Assembly (NCBI GenBank): GCA_043228905.1
Contig: JBHGNT010000011.1
Location: 1,860,001 to 1,924,000 of the forward strand
Length of the DNA: 64,000 nt
Direction: 5' to 3'
From: Azolla caroliniana
Taxonomy: Eukaryota > Plantae > Polypodiophyta
Made by a program: the position numbers and the translations under genes. The notes beneath the pieces were generated by a model that did not search any database, was not told the DNA's origin, and saw nothing but the letters and a program-made list of their open reading frames with translations. Numbering within the stretch: the first letter of the stretch is position 1; every line of letters begins with the position of its first letter. Below are positions 24,486-36,299 of the stretch, one piece after another.

Positions 24486-25074
24486 CCTTCTCTCAAAAGT
24501 TCGACACCTCTCATAGTACTAATCCTTCTCTGTCTTAGTACTATTCCCCAACAATAGTACTAATCCTTCTTTTAGTACTAATTCCTTCTCTGCCTTAATA
24601 GAGTTCCTGACAGCAGGCAGTCCGTATTGATAATCACCTTCGTCCTGATCAGATAATCCTTGTCGGCCTTGACTGCAGAAACGACACCCCAAAGTTCGCG
24701 CTTAACTTGGGCGTACCCTCGTTGCCGCTCTCTCAATACCTTCGCCCCGAACCGGATCGGGAATCATACGCCGCCCTTGTCCTCCTGACTGATTACCCAC
24801 CCGATCCCGGTTAGGCTGGTGTCCACCGTTACGCAGATGGGAACATCCTTGCCGTAAACTGCTTTACGGAGAGCCGATGCTGCCGTAAGCGCCTCCTTTA
24901 GTCTCCGAACCGACTCCGTGTGCTCCGTCCGCCACTCAAAGCTACGCCCCTTTTTCAATAGTCCGTAGAGGGGTTCCGCGACATGTGCGTATCGCCGTGA
25001 CCGACCCGCAAACGTTCCTCATCGCGGAGATGACCTTTACCTTTGCCGGAGACGGTTTTCTACCGTAAGGCCCG

Positions 25075-25529
25075 TGTTGAGAGACAAAATCAACATCGGC
25101 CGGATCGGCTGAAGAAGCCGAGGACTCGATCGGTTGGGACCGATCGGTTAGGCCGAATGCGTAAACCGGTACGCAGATCGGTGCGTAGGTAGGGCCGGAT
25201 CGGTGCGGAAACCGGGAGGCCGTTAGGAAAGATATTCCGTGAGGAATATATTTGGGAGTTAGTGTAGGAGCTCTTAATGAGCATTGAAGTACTGTCAGTA
25301 CTTTGGTCAGTCCTTCTAGGACTTGTATAAAAGTGTTCATTGAACACACATATGTATAGAGTGTGGTGAATAGAGATTGTGTATTTTTTGAATATACCTC
25401 TTGTGTTTTTCCTCTCTCACTCTCTCTGTCTCTCCCGCGTATACTGCGTGAACTCAAGCTCTCCATTAAACCTGAGTTTTCTTCCATCTGTTCGGTCTTC
25501 ATACTTGCTTCCGCACGTTACTTTTCACA
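25075..25529 (+). mobile_element. Solo LTR of copia family B, TSD GCCCG
   Basis: TGTTGA...TTCACA, 455 bp, gcccg on both sides; reverse complement of 7493-7947. Confidence 0.93.
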
Positions 25530-26901
25530 GCCCGCACTGGTGTCCAACCACCAAGATCTCCGACTGTCCGAAGGCCGACTTTTCCCCAGAGAAGGTAAGC
25601 CTCGCGCTCTCTAGTCTCTGCAGCACCTTCTTGCAGTCATCGATGTGGGAGGCCACGAAATTCCGACATCCGTCTGGCCCGATTGCCTTGTCCCTTTTCT
25701 CCACCGGGCATCCCTTGATCAGGATGTCATCTAAAAACGGCATGGTGATGTCCGGGATACAATCCCTGAGCACATTGTTCATCGCGTTCACCATGTGAGC
25801 CACTGAGTTCGTCCCTCCTTGTGGCAGGGTACACATCCGCACCAGGCCGAGAGGAGTCTGCATCGTCGTAATGTCTCTGCTCTCCATGGCTAGTTGGAAC
25901 TGATCGTACCCCGAGTACAGATCACCGACAGAATAGATCGACCTTCCAGCGAAGGCCTCCGCGAACTCGTCTATGGTCGGTCCGATCCCTGTGTTACGGA
26001 TGGTCACCTTGTTGACCGGTTGTAGGTCCTGGATGAAGCGCAGCGTGCCGTTCTTCTTCGGCACCGTAAACCACCGATTCGAATACGGGGCACTCGACGG
26101 TTCGAGGATGCCCATCTCCACCTTTTGCTTTAGGAGCTCCATCAACTTCGGGATGTGAGCTCTTGGCACCGGAATCGGCTTGAGATTCCACGGTACATGC
26201 GGTACCGTGAAGATCACCATCGGTTCGACAACTGTCGGGTCTACGCACCCGATCTCCTCCAGTGAGAATGCGAAAGCCTTCCCATGCCTCCCGAGCATTC
26301 TCCAAAACCGGTCCTCCTTCGCCGGCAGTAGGAAGCCGCCCCCACCGACCTTGAGCTCCCGTAGCGTTATGTCGGTGAACCGGTGCCCTATGCTAGCCGG
26401 ATTCCGTAAACTTGGGTCCGACGCGACCCCTTTTATCTGCTCCTCGCTGCCCTCCGGCAAGGGTGCCGCGACTGGCCACACTTTCCGGTCCATAGTCTTG
26501 TATTTCGTATCCACGCAGGCCGTCCGATCCGACCCGATCCTTTCACCGAAGTCTGCGATAACTTCGTACATTCCCATTGACCCTACCGGAACGGTCCAGA
26601 CTTCCCTAAGGCCTTCACCGATCACCTTTCGCAGTTCGCCCAAGGTGTTGTCAAAAGAGACCGCCTCCACGGCGCCGCTGATGTCCTCGTCGGGGAAGAG
26701 GACTCCGCATCCCCTGAGCCGCTCCTCCGCTCGCTTCCTCTCCCTGTCGCTGACGCTGGTTATAGTACAACCTCCGTTGTCGGAGAACCAAAATTTCCTA
26801 CCTATGGTACAGGTCTTCTTCCGTACTGTACATTTGTGGGGTTCTTCCTGGGTGTCCGGACTATCGCGGCCCCACGCCTTGACAGCCCTTTCTAAAAATC
26901 C
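25530..26901 (-). CDS. pol: Reverse transcriptase in the -1 frame relative to gag-PR; interrupted by a solo LTR
   Basis: I translated the frame as open from the GGATTTT site (26901) into ORF 25525-26670; motifs YSNRWFTVPKKNG, DLYSGYDQ, LPQG, FLDD. Confidence 0.85.
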
Positions 26902-28292
26902 CCTCGGGTTTCGCTGCCGAGGGCCTCGCGGTTACGCTCGTGGTTCGGTCGCACCGTTAGGAACTGGACCAATTGACGCCCGTCCTGGCTCTTGACTCTT
27001 GCATAGGCTGAACCGTTGTCCATCACCTTGGTCTCCATCCGTGCCGCCGTGATATATGGCTCTCCTAGTATAACCGGATGCGAGGACGGCTCCTGCACGA
27101 AGAAGTGTTGGTCGATCTCGACATCGCCAATTTTCACCCGTACGTTCGGACAGGCCCCATGTAGTTCTTTCGTGGCGCGCGTCGCTGCCCGTATCTTCCA
27201 GCCATGCTTGGTGTTGATCGGCCATTTACCCTTCTTGTAGAAATCCATGGACATCAGGTTGATTTTGGATCCATGGTCTACCAACGCCACCACTGGTTCC
27301 AGAACGTTGTCGATCCGTACAGGGGTTTCCGTAGTCGCCCTGGCCCAATGCGGCTTCATGTAGTGGCTTCCCGCCAGCTCATCTTCCAGGGCTCCGTCTT
27401 CTAGGTGCGTGGTCTGCACTTCCACCGGCTTCTCCGGTTCCGGCTCCGTCGAGAGCCTCTTCCGCTTCACCAAGTCTACGATAGAGTTGTGGAACTCCCT
27501 CTTGGCAATTCCCAGCACCTCCCGCAATGACAACTCCACTTTACTATCGAGGATTCGCTCTTCAAGGACCTTCCGTAAGTCCGTTGCTCTCTCGATTTCG
27601 GTGCTCAACCGAAACCCCGCCTGCTTCTTCCCATCCCGTGCGCCCGGGTTGCCGGCACCGGTCGGTTTCGGTCCGAACCGGGTCTCATACCTCAGGGGGC
27701 CGACCCCTCCGGCCTTTCCTGCCCGTTTGTTCTCCACCAGAACCTCGTAGTTATGCCAAGTGGCTTCTACGAAGCCCGTTTTCTCTTCCACCGGATCGTC
27801 CCAACTTGTGACTTCCTGGACCCGTTGTTCCGCGCTGTCCGCCTCTTCCTTCCTCAGCCGAACTCCGGAGAGGCCTTCTAGCACTAGCGGCCAGAATCCG
27901 GAGTCTTTCGCCTTCCGGGTCTCATCACCCCCGACCCGAATTCCCGCCGACACTGAGTAGTTAACGGCTTCGACATGTCGTGCCGCGGCCTCTTCCATCA
28001 ACCTCTTCATTCCGCCATGCCCCGTATTCAGTTCCAGGGCTCTCCGGGTTTCGCTCGTGTGCACCCGCCCGTTCCAGAGGTACACCAAGTTGGTCCTGAG
28101 CGCGTTGGCGAAATCCGCGCAGTCCTTCTGAATGTGACCGATCGCGTCACTCCACATGCACCGCTGCCCAGTCGGCGGCCTCCGGTCACGAGGTTGTTCA
28201 CCGCTGTCTCTTCGGGCCTGTGCGATCTGCAGGTCGCGCACCATCTGTGTTAGCTCCTCTAGAGCCGCTCCTCCGGATTGGCCTCTGACCAC
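26892..28292 (-). CDS. Gag C-terminal part (degenerate CCHC) plus aspartic protease (DHGS)
   Basis: CMWSDAIGHIQKDC, VALVDHGSKINLM, VILGEPY; ends GDF-stop. Confidence 0.82.
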   Translation of the reverse strand: MVRGQSGGAALEELTQMVRDLQIAQARRDSGEQPRDRRPPTGQRCMWSDAIGHIQKDCADFANALRTNLVYLWNGRVHTSETRRALELNTGHGGMKRLMEEAAARHVEAVNYSVSAGIRVGGDETRKAKDSGFWPLVLEGLSGVRLRKEEADSAEQRVQEVTSWDDPVEEKTGFVEATWHNYEVLVENKRAGKAGGVGPLRYETRFGPKPTGAGNPGARDGKKQAGFRLSTEIERATDLRKVLEERILDSKVELSLREVLGIAKREFHNSIVDLVKRKRLSTEPEPEKPVEVQTTHLEDGALEDELAGSHYMKPHWARATTETPVRIDNVLEPVVALVDHGSKINLMSMDFYKKGKWPINTKHGWKIRAATRATKELHGACPNVRVKIGDVEIDQHFFVQEPSSHPVILGEPYITAARMETKVMDNGSAYARVKSQDGRQLVQFLTVRPNHERNREALGSETRGDF

Positions 28293-28355
28293 GTCGTTCG
28301 ATGCCGACCCCGACTCCGGCCAGATTCAGGTCTCTTCCTTACTCCCAGCCGGCAC

Positions 28356-29051
28356 CTAAACCGGCTCCTCGAGCCTCCTCCCCGGGACCGGCCCCGACCC
28401 CGACGTGCTTCCGTCGCTCCAATCGCGCCGTTTGTAAAAACAGCTGCAGACCCGTTTTACCACGACCCAATCCGTCGTGAGCCCTTCGTTCGTTTCCAGT
28501 AGGGGACCCACCTTTTCCCTGTCGAGCGCATCCACCAACTTGACAAACAGCAGCACTCGACTTGTTTCGAGCACCATCCGGTCCAGCGTCGACAGCCGCG
28601 CGAACCGTTTTTCGAACTCCTGGAGGAGCACCGACGTGTTCCGCCCTTTTCCGGGGCTTTCCACCCACGCCATGAAGTCCCGCCTCGACAGTCGGAGCGA
28701 GTTGTCAAACCCGTACTTCTTGAGGAGCTGCAGCTCGAACTCCTCCCAAGTCTGGCACCCGGCCAGCACCTCGAGCACCTCCGCATGGATGCCGGGCGTC
28801 ACCACCCGAGGGAATCCGAACAGCCGCCTGTCCACCGGGATATCCCTCATGATCATTTCGGCCCGGTAAGCCTCCAAATAACTTGTGGCGTCTTTCCCTC
28901 CGAAACGGCCTATAGAGCCGACGATCGATTCAATGGCTCTGTCGAGGGTACCTGTTCCCTCACGAGCGCTCACCAGCCGGTCGACGGCCACCGCCATTGC
29001 CTCAGCTAGCTCCGATCCCCTCATCGTTCGACTCCTTTGCCGCCCTTTCAT
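28356..29051 (-). CDS. gag: Gag N-terminal part of the Trp-primed gypsy
   Basis: First ORF after the PBS; homologous remnant at about 51030-51590. Confidence 0.75.
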   Translation of the reverse strand: MKGRQRSRTMRGSELAEAMAVAVDRLVSAREGTGTLDRAIESIVGSIGRFGGKDATSYLEAYRAEMIMRDIPVDRRLFGFPRVVTPGIHAEVLEVLAGCQTWEEFELQLLKKYGFDNSLRLSRRDFMAWVESPGKGRNTSVLLQEFEKRFARLSTLDRMVLETSRVLLFVKLVDALDREKVGPLLETNEGLTTDWVVVKRVCSCFYKRRDWSDGSTSGSGPVPGRRLEEPV

Positions 29052-29133
29052 GTCGGGTTCACCAAAGATGTCGCGTTGTTACGCGCGTACGTGTAGAAAG
29101 GGGCGGGACCACGGGGGTCTTGGACGGAGGAGC

Positions 29134-29174
<41 letters not shown>

Positions 29175-32018
29175 GTTCACCGATACGTAGAAGCTAGAAA
29201 GAGAGATATAGAACATAACACTTAATTATAATGACAGAGATTACAAACTCCGACAGTTACAACCGACAAAGCGGCGACGGGCCCAACACGGGGACCCTAC
29301 TCACGCACACCGACGACAGTCACCGACTCAAAGAAACAAAGAGGGAAGGGGAGCGACTCTGCTGGAAGCACACGGGCTGTCCACGAAGCAGAGGCAGCAA
29401 CCTCCCGACACCCGCAGAGAACGACGAAGAGAGACGAAGAGAGAGAGCTCCCCCTTCCGTTCTGCAGCAACCTCCTTCCTCCTCCTCGCGCGCGATCCCG
29501 TTCTTCTCTTCTCCTCTTGCCTTTATTCCCTGTCCCCACCTGACCGGAATACACACAATCCCCTCTAATAAATGCGTGCGGCCTAGTAGTTACATCCACC
29601 GGTTCACGTGCAAAGTATCCAGTCACGCGTTCATCCGTGTAAGGGCCGGTTTACGCGCTTTCTCTCCAATTCCGCCTATGGCCGGTTTTCTTCACGACAC
29701 CGGCTCTTGCCAGGTACTTGTCATCCGGTTCTCACCGGGTCTTCCGTAGCTGGGTACTCCACATCCTGTTTCGGCCTCAGCCGAGTTTGCTCATCATCAC
29801 TGTTCTTTTCACTTCCCATCCGGAGGGACCTGTTTCCTAACAAACTCCCCCTTCACTCCGGCATGTGATACCTACGCTGGATATGCTTTGTCCTGGAGTG
29901 GTACGCTGTGTTCTTAGCAAGGTGGATGACACTTTGATTGTCGCAATAGAGTCGGTATTCATCTTGTCGGATACCGAGCTCTCCGATGAAGTCCTTCATC
30001 CATAGTATTTCCTTGCCGGCTTCCACAGCCGCCATGTACTCTGCTTCCGTGGTTGACAACGCAACCGTCTTCTACAGCCTCGACTGCCACGAAATAGCTC
30101 CCCCTGCATATGTCATTACATACCCAGATGTAGACTGGCTGGTATCCACATCAGCCGACATGTCCGAATCGGTAAAACCGTCAAGTTGAGGTTTTCAGGA
30201 GCCGAATTGGAGACACATATTTGAAGTGCCCTTCAAATACCGGAGTATCCATTTGACCGCGTTCCAGTGCTCCTTGCCGGGATTGCTCATAAACCGGCTC
30301 ACCACTCCGACTGCGTATCCTATATCCGGTCGGGTACACACCATTGCGTACATCAAGCTCCCAACAGTAGAGGCATATGGAATCTTCATCGTATCCTCCT
30401 TCTCTGCTTTCGTCTTCGGGCTTTGCTTACCGGATAGCCTGCAGTTTGCCGGAAGTGTCGATCCGACCAGTTTCGCATCTGACATGTTGAACCGCTGAAG
30501 CACCTTTGTCACGTACTTCTCCTGTGACAACCATAATTGCTTCATTGACCGGTTTCGAATAATATGCATCCCCAGCATCTGTCTTGCCGGACCCAAGTCT
30601 TTCATTGAGAAGGTCCGGTTGAGAGCCTTCTTCAGCATCCGTATTTTGGCTTGGTTCCGTCCGACGATCAACATGTCGTCCACGTACAGAAGGAGTATCA
30701 GGAAGTCGCCTCCTTTGAACTTCTTCACAAACACGCAGTGATCGACCTGCGTCTTCTGCTGGAACCCCTTCACCACGATCTTGGCCTTGTATCTCGGGGG
30801 GTTGCCGGCATCTCCCGGTTTCAACTTGTACACCCACTTATTTCGGAGTGCCCGCTTTCCTTTCGGCAACTCCACCAATTCGTACGTATGGTTCTCATGC
30901 AGGGAATCCATCTCATCCTGCATGTCACTTAACCATTTGCGGCTGTGGGTGTCATCCTTCGCTTCTTCGAAGCTTTCCGACTCTCCCTCATCGGTCAGCA
31001 GCACATGCTCTGAATCCAGAAATCTTCGGGGGGGCCTTCTCTCTCTGAGAGGATATCTCCGTCTTTGGCCTTCGGCAACCGGCTCCACAATTTGTTCTTC
31101 ATCCGAATCCGATTCGGGGTCTTGACCGGTTTCGGTTTCAGGTTCCTCTACTTCTTCTTCTGCCGGTTCGGTATCCTCACCGTAACCGGTGGGTTCATTG
31201 AGTGCTAACCGGTCTCTTGCCGGTTGAGTCAGCTCATCGTAGAATCGATCCTTATCGGTCGACTCGGAGTTCATTACCTTCTTCTCCGACTCCCAATCGG
31301 CGAGCGTCTTGTCCTCCCTGAAGATAATATCTTGACTCCGGAATACCTTCTTGTCGACTGGATCCCACACTCGGTAGCCGAACTCATCGTCGCCGTAACC
31401 GAGGAATATGCATGGCCGGGTCTTTGGATCTAACTTTCCTCTCCGGTCCTCAGCAACATGCACGTACACGAGACACCCGAACACCTTCAGATGCCGGTAG
31501 GACACTTCCTTACTAGTCCACACCTTCTGCGGTGTGTCTCCATCCAAGGGCACTGAGGGTGATCTGTTTATCACATACGTCGCTGTCGACAACGCCTAAG
31601 CCCAAAACGTCTTGGGTAATTTTGCATGCACCAGCATACTCCGGACCCTCTCCATTATGGTCCGGTTCATCCTCTCGGCCAGCCCGTCTAGTTCCGGCGT
31701 CTTCGGCACGGTAAATTCGAGTCGGATTCCCTTCGAGCGGCAGTACTCCTCGAATTGCCCCCGGTATTCTCCTTCGTTATCTGCTCGAACCGCCTTCAGC
31801 TTCCAGCCAGTTTCTTTTTCCACTCTCGCGTGGATCTCATTGAAGATGGATAGCACCTGATCCTTCGTCTTCAACGGTGTGGCCCACAGCTTCCGGCTGT
31901 GGTCATCTATGAACGTCACGAAGTACTGTGATCCTGCATGTGACTTCGTGTCCACTTGACACACATCAGTATGCACCAACTCCAGTGGTGCATTACGTCT
32001 CATCGGTGGCCTTGGTCG

Positions 32019-32333
32019 TGTTAGGAAACAGGTCCCTCCGGATGGGAAGTGAGAAGAACAGGTCCCTCGGCCGAAACCGGATGTGGAGTACCCGGCAATG
32101 GAAGACCCAGTGAGAACCAGATGAGGAGTACTCGGCAAGAGCCGGATAGTGAAGGCCCGGTGAGAAGTGCTCACCGGATGAAGGGACATATTCGTAAATA
32201 TGTTGTCTGAGAGTCCATCGGGGCTATATTTGTAAATAGCCGAAAAGTCATATTAGTATAAATATGACTTAGAGCAAACTTAGTAGTAGAGAGTTGTCAT
32301 TCTTGTTGGTGCAAGAAGAGACGTGTAACTGTG

Positions 32334-32367
<34 letters not shown>

Positions 32368-32638
32368 GAGGTCGTTGCCTTTGTTGTAACCGCCGCTTGT
32401 GGCAAAGATCGTGAGCACGAGGTCGTTAGCTCCGTGAACTCACTCTTGTAATCATTGTGATATAGTGATAGTTTGCAGTCTGTGCGTTGCCGTGGTTTTT
32501 CCCTAGTTTGGGTTTCCCACGTTAACATCCTATGTACTCTTCTCTCCATTGTGTCGTGCTTTCATTCCCATTTTCTATGTTTGATTCTAGGCTCGATTGT
32601 GGCCGAGTGTTGTTCATCGGAGCGAGTAGTTCCTATCA
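32019..32638 (+). mobile_element. Solo LTR of copia family A inserted antisense into the A3 integrase, TSD GGTCG
   Basis: tgttaggaaacaggtccctccgg...tatca with ggtcg on both sides. Confidence 0.92.
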
Positions 32639-34989
32639 GGTCGGAAGGAGGTCCGGATTTGCTTACCGGCCAGACAATCAGTGCACTTCTCCAAGTGCAC
32701 ATTCTTCACTGGAATGAGGTTGTCGTCTGCAAGCGTCTTCATCCCCTTCTCGCTCATGTGACACAGCCTTTTGTGCCACAGCTCACCGGTAGTGTCGGAT
32801 CCCACGTTCACTTCCTCCGGGCATAACCGGGCATTCATCAGGTACAGCGTGTTGACCTTCCGGCCCGAGCCACAATCAGGCTCCCTTTGCTGAACTTCAT
32901 AACACCGTTCTAGATGTTACCCATGTAGCCTTCATCATTTAGCCGACTGGCTGATATCAGGTTCAGACGAACCTCCGGAACGTGTTGGACATCCTTCAAC
33001 AACAGCTTGCATCCGGTTGGTGTTGTCAACCATACGTCTCCTATGCCGACAATTCGGCATGTACCTTCATTCCCCATCCGGACACAGCCGTGATCACCGC
33101 CTGAGTAGGATGAGAAGCATTTCCGGTCCGGGGTGAGGTGGAATGACGCTCCGGAGTCGACCACCCAGGTCATCTCGTCGCCGGCAAGGTTTAGCTCACT
33201 CTCCTCGGTGATAAGCATCAACTCTTCTTCACTAGCCACGATCGCCATCATTCCCTTTCGGTCCGTTCCCCTCGGGTCTTTACCGTTCCGGTCCGGTGTC
33301 CGCTTCGAATCGGTGTCTTCGGTTTCCTTGTCTTTTCGGAAATGCCGACAGTTTTTCTGGAAGTGTCCCGGCTTGCCGCAATAGAAGCAGGTAGGCCTCC
33401 CCCTTGACTTTGACCGTATCCCCGACTTCTCCCGGTTCTAGGGACTACGGTTCCTTTGTCTTCCGCGTTCCGATTCAGTAAGGAGCGTTTTGGAGTCGGA
33501 GCTCGTATCCTTATCTTTCCGACGCGCCTCCTCATCTAGCAAGCTCGACTTCACTCTTGCTAGGGATAACCGTTTCCCTTCCGGCCCGGCGTTGCCCAAA
33601 GTGACAACGATCGTCTCCCAGCTATCTGGGAGGGAACCGAGCAGGAGTAGCGCTAGTACCTCATCGGCAAGAGGTACTTCCAATAATGTTGCCTGGTGTA
33701 TCAGCCCCTGGAAGGCATTCATGTGCTCCGCCATGCTGGAGCCATCTTGGTACCGGAGTCTTACTAGCTTCCGGAATACCGAAATCTGGTTAACAACATT
33801 TTTGTTCTGAAACATAATGCCGATCTTCTCCCAAAGCTCATGAGCCTTGCTCTCTTCATTGAAGTTGTTGTATAGACTCATATTGATGAAGCACCCTATG
33901 TACGCCGTTTTCTTCATGTGCATGACCTCCCATATCGTGGCATCGATTTTGTCCGGTCTCTTGTCCCCGAACTGAACCAGCAACCAAAGATCTTTGACCA
34001 CGAGCATGTCCCTCATCTTCGACTTCCACACTGAATAGTTGGAGCCGGTGAGCTTGAACATGCCGCCCAACGAATCTTCCATTATTCTATGTCAGTTCAC
34101 TCTGATACCACTTTTTCGAGAAATACGCGGAATAGTCTCCGGCAACAACCGAAGAGTAAATCACTTTGTACAGTCGAACACAGAAGAAATGGGAAATGGA
34201 GGTAAGTGCACAAAATAGAGAGAAAAAAGGATACACATGATATTAACGTGGAAAACCCTGAGAGGGAAAAACCACGGGAGTCCACAGACTCCAAACTATC
34301 ACTATATCACAATGATTACAACAGTGAGCTCATGGAGGCAACAACCTCGTGTTCACGATCTTCGCCACAGGCGGCGGTTACAACAGAGGCAACGACCTCT
34401 CTATATCTCGAGCTCACTCACTCTCTCTCTCTCTCTCTCTATACACAGTTGCTCTCTCAAGAATTGCGACAACGATTATGACAACTACTCAACTAAGTTT
34501 GCCCTAAGTCATATTTATACTAATATGACTTTTCGGCTATTTACAAATATAGCCCCGATGGACTCTCAGAAACATATTTATGAATATGTCCCTTCATCCG
34601 GTGAGCACTCCTCATCGGGCCTACATCATCCGGCGCTTGCCGGGCACACGTCATCCGGTTCTCACCGGGTCTTCCGTAGCCGGGTACTCCACATCTGGTT
34701 TCGGCCTCGGCCGAGTTTGCTCATCATCATTGTTCTTTTCACTTCCCATCCGGAGGGACCTGTTTCCTAACAAAGATGTATCTATATTATTCAAAACAAG
34801 AAGTTACAACTGAAAGAATGGTGACATCTGCATCATATACAAAGTAGTTATAGGTTTAGTTATATACTAACTGAGCTAGGGCAACTGCCCTTTGATCATA
34901 TTACAAATATGTCCTAGTCTAGTTTGTCCAAATGGGACAATGTGAATACGGCCATTATATCCCTGTATTTGATAGGGGAGACCAAATAG

Positions 34990-35740
34990 GGGGAGACTAG
35001 AGGAGGATAACAACAACCGAGAGGATGAGCTAGTTGGTCATCGAGCAAGGTGGAGAGCCGAATCATATTCAGACAATTCAGACGAATCGGAGAGCTCGAG
35101 ATGAAAAGGCATGAGGAAGGCCAACGAGGACCAGAGAGGACGTGTCGAATCCTCAGGTCCAAGCGACCATGCCATGATGAGAGATGGCAGGCTGAGGACG
35201 TCCCAAAGCAATGAATAGGCAATGACAGACGGGATAAAGCAGACAGAGGACAAGCTAGAGCGGATGAAGCGGACCTCCTACTTGAGCTTGAGGGGGAGTG
35301 TTGAGATGACAATCTCAACAAAGGCCAATTCAGTAAGAGCTGAAATGGCCGCAAGGCCATAGTCCAGAAAGGTCGTAAAGTTCGTTAGGACATGTGACCA
35401 AAGGACTAATAGGACCTAGACTTCCTAGCCAAGTCATAGAAATATTATAGGTCAATTAGTTGTCAGAGCTCATGAATGAGCTCACTATACTTGTGTCAGT
35501 ACCGTTTGGATATAAAATGCTCTATGAGCAAGGGTCGACAATATTTTAGTATTTCAGTTCTCTATTTTCCTGTGTACTCTCTAATTATTTCTTTGTCTCC
35601 ATCTTCATCTCTGTGTTTACCTAACTGTCTTGTTGCGGTATGTTGTTTATTCGGCCCAGCCGACTGTGTACATCAAGCTTCTGCACACTTTTTACAATTA
35701 CCTTAAATCCATGGCTCATCCGTTTCTAAATATTCAACAA
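34990..35740 (+). mobile_element. Copia 3' remnant (PPT plus LTR starting at 35299); ends uncertain
   Basis: gagcttgagggggag-tgttgaga junction of the same type as families B and C. Confidence 0.55.
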
Positions 35741-36299
35741 TCAAATGGACAAATCATCGATTTCCAGTGATTCTTAATTATTTTCTCTTCCAATCATCAT
35801 TCATTGCCTTATATCGATGGCTCATCCGTTTTTAATGATTCGACAACCAAATGGACAACTCATCGATTTACGCTAATAATTTTTCAATTAACAGTGATAA
35901 ATTGTGAATGATGACAAATTTTTAGTGGGTTTTGATGATTCTCTCTTCATCTCTTTTTCTCGACGACAAATTCAATGCTTTTAAGCTCCCTTCAACAATT
36001 TTCACAGATTTGTCATTTCTCAAGGTGGCTACTAGAGTTGTGGATTTGCATGAGGAGCCAAGTTTTCTCATCTTACAATTATAAGATGATTGGGAAGGGC
36101 TTTACAATTAATTATACCAATTCTATCTAGGTAAAAAATAATTAACACCATCTTACAATTAGTAGATTAAGATCAATTTGAACATAATTTGCATTCTCTC
36201 CCATTTTAATCCTAGACTAGATCCAACCAATCAACATTAGGACCTTGAACGATCCATTATTCTCGATCAACCTATTCAAGGTTGTCACTACCATGAACT

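Larger units (their letters stand above)
21040..24612 (+). mobile_element. Tcn1-like chromovirus G2, young internal-deletion derivative (LTRs 21040-21497 and 24153-24612), TSD GCAGG
   Basis: gcagg at 21035-21039 and 24613-24617; LTRs almost identical; PR, RT and RH absent compared with the copy at 59431. Confidence 0.96.
18756..29699 (-). mobile_element. tRNA-Trp-primed non-chromovirus Ty3/gypsy element, both LTRs present (29069-29699 and 18756-19362), 4-bp TSD CCGG
   Basis: ccgg at 18752-18755 and 29700-29703; paired LTRs; PBS tggtgaacccgacatgaa at 29047-29064; protease ALVDHGS, RT FLDDILI, integrase AGHRG..CESC, ADRG, NPEANG. Confidence 0.95.
18138..34772 (-). mobile_element. Copia family A, copy A3, both LTRs present, TSD AAGAT (3' LTR 18138-18755 plus 29704-29842; 5' LTR about 34114-34772)
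   Basis: aagat at 18133-18137 and 34773-34777; PBS 34099-34110; PPT complement ctccccct near 29845. Gag 33438-34082, PR 32910-33251, IN-RT 30195-32018 with an in-frame RT deletion (KGFQQK|TQVDHC), RH truncated. Confidence 0.95.
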
